The position numbers and the translations under genes are program-made. The notes under the pieces were generated by a model. That model worked only from the letters and a program-made list of their open reading frames with translations, was not told the origin of the DNA and made no database searches. DNA of 38,373 nt. Origin: Chiloscyllium plagiosum. Taxonomy: Eukaryota. Below are positions 20,852-32,689 of the stretch, in pieces. Position 1 is the stretch's first letter; the number at the start of each line of letters is the position of its first letter. Location of the stretch: the NCBI RefSeq assembly GCF_004010195.1, contig NC_057718.1:40420712-40459084 (forward strand), read 5' to 3'.

Positions 20852-23589
20852 TGAGGGGGAGTAGGGCAAGGCCAACTGACCTGATGATGAAGCTCCTCTT
20901 GTTCACCTGGCAGAAATTTGGCAAGGAAGTTCCGGTAGAAACTCTGAAGGAAACATACCCAGAAGTGAAGAATACTACACACTGAATAGCAGAACCTAAA
21001 AATGTTGCAATTGTAAACTTAGTACATTCTTCAGTTGCGAAGCACAAGGAAACTGATGATGCCAAAGAGTCTGATGAATGCTGACACAGGTACCTGCCGG
21101 TTTCCCTAGCCAAAGTCGCAATGATTCTGGAGATGCTTTCAGATTTTTCACAAAAACACGAGAAACATGTTTGACTGCATTACCGTCATGATAGGCTGTA
21201 TCATAGCCACCAGCACACCAAACAGAGAAAGATTACTGGAGCTAACTCCTGATGGCTTTTAATGCCTTATAAAAGGTCGGATCATTGGAAGCTGTGAACA
21301 AATATATTCGTCACACATTTCATATTTTACTACATTTTCATTTGATATTTCTTTTTGCATAGAGCCCAGTTATAGACAAATGATTTTACAAAACAGTCTC
21401 CATGGTTATCATGAAGTTTGGCTTGATGCAAATTCATGGGCAGATCCCACAGGCTTTGCTTCCTTGTGCGTTTACTGTACTTCCAAAATCTCCTTGAATT
21501 ATTATGATTGCCTGGTTGGATTAGGTGCAGGAGAAATGTTCTGGAACTCTAAAGTAAAGATAAGAGAAAACGTGAGATGTACATGTTGTCCAATAAGAGT
21601 GAATATAAATTTGATTTCTTAGTCTTTTGTCCTTCTGTATCGTTGAGCTACAGGAAGTTAGCAGAGGTTTTTGGATGTGGATTAATGTCTAATGATTATA
21701 CTGCATCTTTTACTGGGAATTTAAGACTCCCGGAGTGATCAATGTCAATGTAGGTAGGTGAAAGGGCAACCTTTTAACTCCTTATGGAATCTGGGCTAAA
21801 TCTGATTGTACTTCCTCTATCTGTACAGTTTTATTACCATTTGGCAGATGTTAGCTGTGACAGTGGGAACGCTACCAAGTTGTCGACAGTGAATGTGTCC
21901 CAAAGGTTTCTTAACAGGATTAGATCACAGCCCAAACCATTTTGCAAGTTTGACTTAATGAAAACAAAATCCAATTGTGAGAATCTTTGTAAAGTCACTT
22001 CGGCTATACACTTTTCTTTCAGGAATGTTTTCAATCTCACTGACCGAAGAAAGGTTAATTCTGCCATTACCGATGCAGACCACGTGGTGGCAGACAATAC
22101 CAAATACATATGGCTTGGTTATGGTTTGATTATCAAACTATCCTTGTGATATGAAGTGCTGGTTGAGATCAATCTACTCAAAATTAAGTGAAGCTGAGTA
22201 TGACAACACTACAGAAGCTGATCGATCAGAAATGGGTCTGAATTCAATGGGATTTGTTTTGGAAGTGGAAAAACAGATTCTAATCAGATATGTATTTATC
22301 AAAGCTTACCCTTATGTAAGTAGATTGGTCAACATAGTCTTCCCTTGTGTCTTCATAGAATCATAGAGTCTTCGAAATGTACAACACAATCCAATTTGTC
22401 CATTCATCACCAGTAATGATAGCTTTGCTCATTTAATACTACAGATCAGAACTTTTTAGTCCTACTGCTGATACCAACCATTGAATGTTTTGACTTTGAT
22501 GTAGCAGCTATTGTGATTTCCTTCTTTAATTAACTTGGAGAAAACAAATTGGGGTTAACACTTTTGTTGCGATTGTATCAATTATATAGTTAACTAACAT
22601 TTTACCAGATCAGTTAAGACTTGAGTTGGATACAGTCCAGGATCTGCGGCTCTTGTACCTTCTCCTAAATAAAAGTGAGAAGGTACCACTGCCCGATAAT
22701 TTCCTCCCAGCTGCTGCATCTCCATTGCCATAAATTCAGATGAGCTGAAGCTGAAGCTCATTCATTTGGGCAAATAGACTTACCTGCAAAATTCTGCCAA
22801 AGTTACACTGAAGTGGGAGCAGCTTCCAAGAAATTCCCAGTCATTGTGTCTTTGAATGATTGAATGTTTACGTTGTTGTTGCACCTTTGAGAAAAGTAAT
22901 CTTTTTTTGAAGGATTTTTTCATATCATCTACCAATTCTTAATTTAAAAAGTTATTTCTCCTTGTTCAGCTGGAACCATGAATGGGATGGTAAGATGAAC
23001 TGGTGTTGACTCTCTTATAGACCTATTCTTCAGAACATCAGTTTGGCTCCTCCTTTGATTGTCTGGCAGAGAATAAGAACCCATTCTGTAGGCAGTTATG
23101 GAGTTGCAAGGGCACAGTGCCAATCTATTGCTTAATACATTGCTGTTATAATAATAGTCAGATCCACCAGGCAACCTTTTTATAATACTGATGTACCATA
23201 AAGTTGGAACAATTGATAATGTTTCACACAGTAGAAAGGAATCATTTACAGTAAGGTAACTTAAAATATATGCACAAAGACAAATCTGAAGGTCTGCCAT
23301 ATTTCCTGGGACATATGAATTTAAACCTGAAACTTGTTATGGACTACCAATATTCAACTTTCATCAATTAACTTTTATAACTGAGACTTTCACGGAGTAC
23401 AAATGGTTTTAAAAGGATCACTGCTGACCGAAAATGGCTACTGTGATCAGCGGCCAAGTCCAGTCAACCCACATGGAATACACAAAGCTAGCTGCCTTGG
23501 GATTGCCATTTTAATCAAGAAACACGAAGGCATCAAGAAGTTGCATCTCTTGTTTTACTTGCAGTTGCATCATAACTTGATTTGATTTA

Positions 23590-24217
23590 ATTAATTAATG
23601 CCACATGGACCTAGGTACAGTGAAAAGTTTTGTTTTGCGTGGAGTACAGGCAGATCATAATATACAAAGATTTTAGAGTGATTGAACAGAGCGAGAAATA
23701 CAAAGTTACGGCTGCAAAGAAGGTTCTCAAAAAGCAAGATTAGATTTGAAATTTGAGAGGTCCATTCAGAAGTCTAATAGCAGCAGGGAAGAAACTTTTC
23801 TTGAACCTGTTGGTATGTGTGTTTAAGCTTTTGTATCTTCTACCCAATGGAAGAGGTTGGAAGAGATTATAACCGGGGTGGAAGGGGTCTTTGATGATGT
23901 TGCCTACCTCTCCGAAGCAGTGAGAAGTGTAGATGGAGTCAATGGATGGAAGGCTGGCTTGCATGATGGACTGGGATGTGTTCACAACTCTCTGTAGTTT
24001 CTTACAGTTCTGGGCAGAACAGTTGCCATACCAAACCATGATGCATCCAGATAGAATGGTTTTTATGGTGTATCTTTAAAAGCTAGCGAGAGTCCTTATT
24101 GACGTACCAAATGTCCTTAGTCTCCTGAAGAAGAAGAGGCATTATTGTGCCTTCTTGACCGTCGCATCAATGTGGGTGGTTCAGGACAGATCGTTGGTGA
24201 TTGTCATTCCTAGGAAG
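23590..24217 (-). mobile_element. Rex1/Babar-clade LINE 3' fragment
   Basis: ORF 23740-24039: VWYGNCSAQNCKKLQRVVNT..LPSIDSIY..IIKDPFHPGYNLFQPLPLGRRYKSL..TNRFKKSFFPAAIRLLN, the typical Rex1 C-terminus. Confidence 0.88.
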
Positions 24218-24219
24218 CG

Positions 24220-24890
24220 ACACTTACTGGAGATGAAAGGTTGCCTGTGGAGGGTTCAATTTGAAAAAGACAGTGGAACTGGACTTGGATTATACAAGCA
24301 AACCATACTTCATTAGCTTGCTTTAAGCAACAAAGCAGAGAAGGAAAGCATCATGGACTGATAACAGCACTGATAAGGAAAGCTCCTCTCCACTTTCCAA
24401 ACATTTCTTAAGCATAGAAACTAGTTGGTGAAAAGCAATTTGGAGCAACAATAAAATTTCGCTGGGAAATGGAGAGTATGTGAAAACTTATTTCTACAGA
24501 AACAGGAAAACACTGAAGCAGCTGGGATTCAGTGTTCAGTCTCACAACCCAAAGACTCTAAAAATGTATAAATTGCAACTCCCGTTACCTTCCTGTCTAT
24601 ACTATCCTTGCTCCACTCTTTCTCCGCAAGTTCAATGCCTGTATCTTTGTGTCTGTGTTTTTTCATGTTTGTTTGCGGGGGGGTTGGGGGTGGATGTAAT
24701 CAGTAATAAAACTAGGCTCCCTTTCTTTGAAGTCTTTGAACTTGCTGTGTTTCATTTTTGAACTGGTTAACTAAGTTTTATTGAATTGTGATAGCCATGT
24801 GTTTAAAAAAAAGAATATTTATTGTGAGTGATGGAGAGGTGCTTAAAAAAGAGGGGAACCATAGGCCCGTCTTCACCAGATTGGAGCAAA
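24220..24890 (+). mobile_element. Possible decayed LTR fragment
   Basis: gtataaa (24567) and aataaa (24705) in LTR-like order, with a purine-rich end (gaggggaacc..cttcacc). No TSD seen. Confidence 0.3.
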
Positions 24891-24989
24891 ATATATACTC
24901 TTTATAAACATCGCAAACTAACATTTACCAGCACTGCTTCATTGAGGTGATAGAAAACAGAGTTTTGATGCCTATATTCAGTACTATAC

Positions 24990-25490
24990 TTGGTCATGTG
25001 AAATATTTTCAAATGCTGAAAGGTCTCAGAATATGTGGAGAGAGAGAAGCAGAGTTCACTTTTCAGGTTGATATCTTTCCTTCAAAACTGGATAAAGTTG
25101 GAGACATAACCAATGTCCTCACTATATTATTTTTTAGTTGTGAGGGGTCTGTTTACTTCAGCATGCAATACCTAAGTATATTCGCTCTGTTGCAGTGTTG
25201 TGCTTAGGGTGTTTTAAAGGACACAGCATGTGAGCTGCCTGCACAATGTCTTCTCGGTCACTCAGTGACCACACACTCACACACACTTTCGAGAAAAAAT
25301 GGAAGTAGTTGTTTTTAAGAAGTCCTGAGGCAATGAAAGAGGCAAAAAAGGGAGAGAAAGAAAGGGAAGGGCATTGATATGTGAAGTGTTTACCGAGTTT
25401 CTCTTTAAGCAGATTTTGGCTGACCTTCTGAACCTTTCATGCATTTAATTCTATTTCATATTTTCAGCACCTACAGTATTTTGTTCCTGT
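24990..25490. repeat. Two oppositely oriented decayed arms of the older PLE-type repeat (24990-25090 and 25390-25490)
   Basis: atgtggagagagagaagcagagttcacttttcaggttgatatctttccttcaaaact, and inverse-type gtttctctttaagcagattttggctgaccttctga..atttcatattttcagcacctacagtattttg. Confidence 0.4.
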
Positions 25491-26344
25491 TGTTAATATG
25501 TTATATGAACCTGATTAATTATTTATGGATAAAATAACACATTGATGAAAATCGAAGCAAACTTCATTCATGTGTGAATCAACATCATACCTTCTCCTCC
25601 CCTCAGTAAGTTTTTTTCTCTCTTCCCAGACCTTTGCTGATTGCCAAAGTCATTCCTTTAAAGAATCCTAAAAAGTAGCTACTAATTAAAAGTGGCATTA
25701 AATCTTGGAGCTAATTGTCAAGAATCCAAGGTTTCAGCATCAGGCAACATCACTACAGCGTTATTATTGAACCTCTGACTAAAACAAAATAAAATATTAG
25801 GGTCAATCAACATATTTAACTTATAGAAACTTATGCTACAGTCAATAATAATGTTTTAGACTAAAGGTCAGAGGAATGTTGCCATGAGAATGCTTCAGTA
25901 GTGAGCCAGCCTCCCACTCTTGTCTATTTTTAGACTGGCAGATGTTGATGTAGTTTCAGTGTGAATGAATGATAAGATAATGTCCACAAGTCTCTCCAAA
26001 AAATAGTTGCAGGAGAAAACAATGGCTAAAATGGCCTTTTGTAATTTGGGGTTGTTTCAATTCCATCAAATCCTTGGAGACACAAATGAATATTAGACAA
26101 GGTTGCTAGGCAATTGAATACAATTTTCAGACAACATAAGAAGATTGTATTCAATGAACAAACATCTGTAAATGTCCCAATGTAAGAAAGGCATTCAAAC
26201 CAGTTGAAGAGAGGTTTCCGTGTTATTTGCCTTGCAAACAGACAATGAAGTGTTTACTTCAACCGTTACTTATAACTGTCTTCTAAAAGCACTTTTGCTA
26301 TTTATATTAACACAACAATATGGTAGTATGGTGCATTTCAGGAA

Positions 26345-26740
26345 AATAAAAAAGAAAAGACATGCAATTATTTGGTTCCTTTTACAACTTAGAGAAGTTG
26401 CAGTGTGATTCATTACAAATTTTGAGCGGTAGTCACTATTATAATGTAAGTAAACAGCAAATATGCACACAGCAAGGTTCCCAAACAGCCATGGAGAAAA
26501 TGAGCTATCTTAGTGACAGTGGTTATGTAATAACTATGGTTTAAGATATTGGAAGAACTCACCTGTTCTTCTTTCAAAATTGCCAAGCAATCTTTTTTGT
26601 CCACTTAGGAGGGAGCACAACTCCTGAGTTCAACAGTTCGTCCACAAAACAGAATCCCTGAGAATGTTGATTTCATTCAGGAGTGCACTGAAATGTCAAC
26701 TTAGTCAGACTTGAGTTTACTGCCTTCTGATGCAGTGGTT
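26345..26740 (-). mobile_element. Ancient Deu-domain SINE
   Basis: Reverse-complement similarity to 12020-12390 (gcacacagcaaggttcccaaacagc; tcttctttcaaaattgcca; attcaggagtgcactgaaatgtca). Confidence 0.55.
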
Positions 26741-26799
26741 CCGAAAGCTTTTGCTATGCGTTTAACTATTATTGCTCACTTTACGACTGCACTTACTAC

Positions 26800-27065
26800 T
26801 TGACAGATGATGAATTAGAGATAATCTCTTTTTGGTGGTGATGGTTGTGTGATATATATTGGCTAGGACAGCAGCAAAACACTCTGCTCTTTTTCAAATA
26901 GTGCTGTAGGATCTTTTATACCCATCAGGCAGGGATAGCTCATCCAAAATACAGCCTCTTCAATAATACCAGTCTACGCCCAAGTGTCAGTCGAGGTTAT
27001 AAAGTGGAGTGGAACAGGGGTTGAATTCACATCTGATTCAGAGGTAAGAGCACGATCAGTCATCC
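26800..27065 (-). mobile_element. Second partial Deu-domain SINE
   Basis: ctgctctttttcaaatagtgctgtaggatcttttatacccatc..ctcatccaaaatacagc..tctgattcagaggtaagagc (inverse tRNA-like head). Confidence 0.55.
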
Positions 27066-27989
27066 AAGTTTAACACTACAATCCTGAAAGACATCAGGAT
27101 GTCAAGGTATGAATCCAAGACCAGAAAAATGAAAAACTTGCACTGTATCACTGAATAATATCTCCACAAATATTACAAGAGTCCTTCACGCTTAAATCTA
27201 GGTGCTTCTTTAGATTGCCATATAGCACATGCTTTCTTCATCTGTCAAAGCAGCCAATTCTTACATTACACCAGTGAATACACGTTGGCACTTAATTGAT
27301 TGTGTCCAGCACCATAGGATGTTTTGTGGTCATGAAAGGCACTCAATAAATGTAAGCCATTCTTTCCTTCTCTAATAATTCAAGATTTTGCCAAAGAGAT
27401 TACGACATTCTTTACTGTCATCTCAATCTTTCACATCTGCACATTCAGTTTGTTAAAGTAGCATAATATTGATTATTATTACACCAGCAATAAAAAACTG
27501 CTCAATCTACCTTTACCTAAAATATGGAGAAAAAAGCTTAAACACAGGTTTGGAAAATATTAGCTAAACCAAATAACAGCTGCCCCCAGTAACTGCTTCA
27601 TTAGTTATTTTCAGTTTACAGCCAAAAATCAATTCCTGTTGTGTTAAACTGTTCTTGGAAAATGGTATTTAGTGGTAATGCCAGCAGAAATATGATTACT
27701 GCCAAAATTACCATTTTCTCCTTGCCAATAATTAAGTGACAACATTACAATGTAACTGAAAATATTCGATCCCCATTCTCCCTTTCTTATTTTACTTTAA
27801 AGTATACTATGCTGAGTAAGAAAGATTATTGATTGACAAGGGAATCAAGGGTTGTGAGGGAACAGGCAAGAAAGTGCCACTAAATTCACAAACAGGTCAG
27901 CATTGTGGTTCAAGTTTGATGCTCCAAATGACATATTTTGGCTTCTATTTTTTATGTTCTTATTTTTCCCACAACCCTTGCCCATTACC

Positions 27990-28460
27990 AAGGAATTCTC
28001 ATCATTTGCCTGCTTGAGAGCTGCCCCAAAAACATTCAAGAAACATGACATCATCCAGGAAAAGCAACTGACTTGATTGGCACTATCTTAAAAATGAACT
28101 TCCTTCACCATTGACACACACTGACAGCAGCATGTACTGTCCACAAGATGTGAAGAAGCAACTGCTGAGGTTACTTTGACAGCAGCTTCCAAACCTGTGA
28201 CTTCTACCGCCGAGAAGGAGCAGGCATGTGGGAACACCATCACCTGCTGGTTCCTCTGCAAGTCACAAACTGTCCTAGTTGAGAAATATATCATCATTCC
28301 TTCATTGTCAAAATCCTTAATCTACACTCGAGGTGCTCCTTCATCAGAAGGATTGTAATGGTTCAAGCAGGTTACTCATCGCCATCTTCTCAAAGGCAAT
28401 CAGGGATGGAAAATAAATATTGACCTTGCCAGTGATGCCCACATCCAATGAGTGAACGAA
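27990..28460 (+). mobile_element. CR1/L2-group LINE 3' fragment
   Basis: gaattctcatcatttgcctgc (EFSSFAC, resembling EYSPLAW), catgacatcatccaggaaaaagcaactgacttgattgg (resembling DTIQDKAARLIG), and a conserved tail shared with 4125-4270 and, inverted, 30720-30830. Confidence 0.7.
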
Positions 28461-29516
28461 AAGCTGTAAGAATCAGTCAGCATCATATTCAGCCATATTC
28501 TGTTCTATGATGGTGCTACAATTGGCATGGGTAGCTCCCAGCTTGTTTGGCAGAAAAAACAGTGCCTCTCAGTCACACGTTATGCTTAACCGGTAATGTC
28601 ACATCACTTCTGAGTTGAGCCCTAACACTGTCTAGCTTCAGACCAATACTGAATTGAACTGAAAATGGACTGGCCATTTCTGAATTGAAAAAGCATACTT
28701 CAAGAGTTGCTGGAACCATATGTTACAGCAAGGGACTTCCAGTGTTTATCATATGATTGCTTTATTCTATTTCACAATGCTATTACTGACTTCGTTAGAG
28801 TCATTTCTGATAGACGTTCACAACAGGTTTTCACCTCATAACTTCACTGCGTGTTGTTTTGGAGCATCAGCTGAGACCACAGTTCTTGAGCTAACTGGTT
28901 GCTGTGGGGAGCGTGACACATGTACACGGCATTCTTACTGGAATTAATCCACGCCTGAGGTTTTCTTTGTCGGTGCTGAAATACATTGGGCCATCTGTCC
29001 GACTACATTCCTCAGTAACATACCAGCACTGTGGTTCAGCCACTGAAGTTTACTTAAATTGCTGAAGATTTTTTTAGAAAAACATTCCTTCTACATTCCA
29101 GATAAGCAGATGTCATTCCAAACTCATTGCATGAATTTGTTAAGTTTTAGAACTTTTGCGTGATTCAACAGGTTTTCCTTTGAAGAAATAGTAATTCCTC
29201 GAGATCACAATTCTTGACCTGTGGCAGTATCTTTGTATGAAATAAATATTTAAGTCTGTAAGCAAATGTCAGTGTGTATTAGCTTGCAGAGTTATAATGC
29301 AACCACTCTGAACTTAATCCAAAGAGTTTTTATCTTCCTTTATCACCTTTTTCTAGTTATGTTTACTTGATCCTTCAATTGAAATTGGGCTTTTAGCTCT
29401 TTTTGCCCATAAAAGCCCAATTTTAACTTAGGATGTGAGTGCAGTGTGTGTGGGATGGGTTATAGTTTCAGTTTCATATTTTAGGCCTGAATTCAGAGGA
29501 AATCATGAGGGTAATC

Positions 29517-29664
29517 TCAAATTACTGAAGATGCTGGACATTTGAAATAAAAGAAACTCAAATATTCAGCAGATCGGGTAGTATCTGTGGAATAAAATAG
29601 AGTTAATGTTTCATATTGACCCTTCATCAGAACAGAGAAAATATAGAAATGCATAAGGTTTGCA
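29517..29664 (-). repeat. Older PLE-type terminal repeat, interrupted by a CR1 (resumes ~30200-30292)
   Basis: Minus-strand CTGATGA-AGGGTCAATAT-GAAA-CATT remnant at ~29605-29630. The arm is similar to 10125-10245. Confidence 0.55.
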
Positions 29665-30195
29665 GTTTTGGTCCCTTTCTTTGAGGAAAGATATTGTGGC
29701 ATTGGAGGCAGTTCAGAGGAGGTTCACTAGATTGATCCCAGAGATGAAGGGTTTGTCGTATGAAGAGAGATTGAACAGCTTAGGCCTATAGTCTCTGGAA
29801 TTTAGAAGAATGAGGGGAGATCAAAATGAGGTATTTAAGATGATAAAATATGTGGATAATATAGGTCTGGAGCAGATACTTCTTCTTGTGGGGAATTCTA
29901 AGATGGGAGGTGATAATCGTGGAATAAAGGGTAACAAACTTAAAACAGAATTGAGGAGAAACTCCTTCTCCCAAAGGGTTGTGAATCTGTGGAATTCGCT
30001 ACCCCAAAATATGGTGGATATTGGGACCATGAATGAATTTAAAGAGGATTTAGACAGATTTTTAATTCATAATGAGTTGAAGAGATATGGAAAGAAGGCA
30101 GGAAAATGGAGATGAGGAGCATTTCAGCCATGATTGAATGGCAGAGTAGACTTGATGGGCTAAACAGCCTAATTCTGCTTCTATATCTTATGAAC
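29665..30195 (+). mobile_element. CR1 LINE 3' fragment
   Basis: ALEAVQRRFTRLIPEMKGLSYEERLNSLGLYSLEFRRMRGDQNEVFKMIK..FSQRVVNLWNSLPQ, followed by a 3' UTR. Confidence 0.93.
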
Positions 30196-30319
30196 TGATG
30201 AACATGCAAACATATAATTGAAAGAAGGAAGGGGGCAGGAAGAACAAAAGTGAACATCTGTGAGAGGGTGGAGGGCAGGAAAGATTAACAGAAGTGTCGG
30301 CAAGTAACTTGTAGCAGAC

Positions 30320-30700
30320 ACTCACTCATGCGTGCGCACACACACATACACATAGACTATGTACAACATACATAAAATACACAGACACACATACACAAGT
30401 GGACACACAAAATATAGTCACACATACAACATACAGTACTCAGAGAAACACACACAGACATACACAGACTCACACACAAGTACACATATAAACATACATG
30501 CAACTTACAGCACACAAACAGCACACACATGCATGCAAACAAAATGCAAAGGCACACACAAACGTGCACACACACATACACATATATAAAAAACGCAGAC
30601 ATATGCAAACAAACACACGTGCATATAAACACACAGTCACAGCCACACACATGCGCAGACATGCACACAGGCACAATACACAGACACACACATACGCATG
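30320..30700. repeat. Degenerate (CA)/(TA)-rich microsatellite tract
   Basis: About 380 bp of alternating purine-pyrimidine cacaca/cataca/gcacac sequence. Confidence 0.95.
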
Positions 30701-32689
30701 GCAAAATGTTCACAGACATTTTTCAATTCACTCGTGGGACATGGGTATTGCTGGCTGGCCAGAATTTATTGCCCTTCCCTAGTTGACCCTGAGGAGGTGA
30801 TGATGATCTGCATTCTTGAACCATTGCAATCCATGAAAGTAACATGTGAAGTAACACTTAACTGTCCACCTCTCAATGGTTCAATTGGTTTCTGGTCAGT
30901 GGTTGATCTACTAACCTTCATGCTTGGCAAAGTGACATAGCAATGGGAGGACTTCGGACACATCTCCCCTTATACCCTCGTAACTCTTTCAATAGATTTT
31001 GCTATGCCTGAACTGAAGATTTTGTCAATATTTCCACCTCCCAGTTCATCATCAAAGGGTTGGGAAAAGTTTGGTTGCTGTCTCTAATACTGACCCTTGC
31101 AGCGTGGCATGGGGGTCAGCAGTGGGTCCCAGTTCTGTACACTCTGGTGGGACTGTGTTGAATGCTCAGTGGACTTTCACTCCCTTGATATGTAACATAT
31201 TCTTCCCGTCAGTATTACTTTTACTTCTTGTCTGACTTTATTATCACATTATATTTATTGTGCTATTTTTGTTAAGATTATCTGATATATCTTTTTATAT
31301 GATTTAAATTTGTGACATTTAATACCATTTCTTAGATTTTGGCTTGGTCTTCCCACGTGTCTACTCCAGCTCTGGTCCTCCATAATCCCAAGGTGCAACT
31401 CCCAGCTGTGAGCTTGATGTTTACTGCAGCTGTACTTACTGTGTGAAGATTTATTTAGGTCATTTCAGGGAAACAGTAGTTATTTTCATGCAACTATTCA
31501 ACAACACTTAGTCTACTGTCTTGAGACAGAAGTTTTAGAAACTCGAGTTGTGTTGCCCTTTTCACTTTGTGATCTCAGTATCCCATTTGCTACAATATCA
31601 CCTCTGACTCGTCATGAGCAATGCCAAGGAACATCTGCTGGAAGTTCTTTAAAAGATGATGCTGTCAAATTTTTTCAGTCAGCCCTGTCTGCAATGAGGT
31701 GGAAGGGAAGAGTTACATTCTCGCAGGTGGGCTCGCCTCACTCTTTGGAGTTACTCATCTTGTATTGGGACACACCATCACCCATTTCTCATTCAATGAC
31801 TCCAAGCAAGAGTGGCCACACCTCAATAAACTGTTCTGGTGGGTGATCCACACCTGTTGAGTGTCCTATCCTCATCGACTCAGGGATTTGTCATGCCTGG
31901 CTTGTGAAAACTGATTCTAGTGGGGTGGACAGATGAAACCAATCTAAGATCTTGAGGTTAAGTCAGCGCCATCTTTGAGGGTACCCTCAGGTTAAAAAAA
32001 AGCTCCACCTGGAAATTAAAGTACTGGGTGTACTGGAGCCCCATTATGAGGTATACAAAATAAACCAGACGGGGGAGTGTTGGGTAATCCAAGATAGAGG
32101 ATGGGAATGATTTCTGGCTGTAACAGGCTGCTCCTTTTTTGAATTATTTTAGGTGTTGGAGGTGATTTCCTCGAATTCCAGGAGCAGCAATTACAGTTTT
32201 ATATACTGTTGCATTGTTTTGGAACTTTGGAGAAAAAAAAGTCAAAACAACAGCAGTTTTAAAGAGGAGAGAAACAGTCAAAGGCAGCACATGGTGAAGT
32301 CAGTGCAGGAGAGAGAGAGAGAGAGAGAGAGAAGAAACCCACACTGTTAACTGACACAGCAGTGAACCTGTACAGTTATTGCCTTTGCTGTTTGAATTCA
32401 TGTATCGCTAGACATCGGAGTGAGTCTGGGAAAATTAACTTCCAGCAAAATTCACAACTGATCTTGGAGGAACCTGTTTGGGAGAGGTCACAGCACAGAA
32501 GCAGATAAGTGAATATTTTTAAGTGTGGCCTTACAGAAAGTCTGCAGTAGTGAGTAGATGATATGCTTTATTGAGATACGTCTCTTGATTAAACTTAAAG
32601 ATATAAGCCATAAGTATTAAGTAGCCCTGGAACAGTGTTTTGTAGAAGAATAAGACAGTGCTATTTTCTGGGTCTGCAGACTGGAAGAA

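Larger units (their letters stand above)
18995..21245 (+). pseudogene. Fossil pogo/Tigger (TIGD4/TIGD6-like, CENP-B HTH + DDE_1) transposase with nested insertions
   Basis: Colinear peptide remnants across frameshifts: IEQEVNLIEQVEN; SLSTILKHKANILE; KKRMR; DVQEAPLLWFKAARE; SPILQE; LAQKLGNKEFTCSN; SDEAVLF; LPDHSF..GGKHNKECVMVLTGVNMDGVEK..LVLGISGKPGCLRNVKKYP; ADNFPVH; NIKLILLPPNI; MDQ; IANCF; KQRKIT. Confidence 0.88.

Noticed and set aside
28950..29260. Minus-strand ENLLNHAKVLKLNKFMQ resembling hAT transposase
   Set aside because: The following hAT motifs are absent and the frame has many stops.
30357..30786. Five overlapping Cys/Val- or His/Thr-rich ORFs
   Set aside because: These are translations of a degenerate (CA)n microsatellite, which lacks stops by composition.
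31967..31989. CGCCATCTT (YY1-like) next to the palindrome tgagggtaccctca
   Set aside because: Short motifs expected by chance, lying outside the CR1 homology shared with the 15402 copy.
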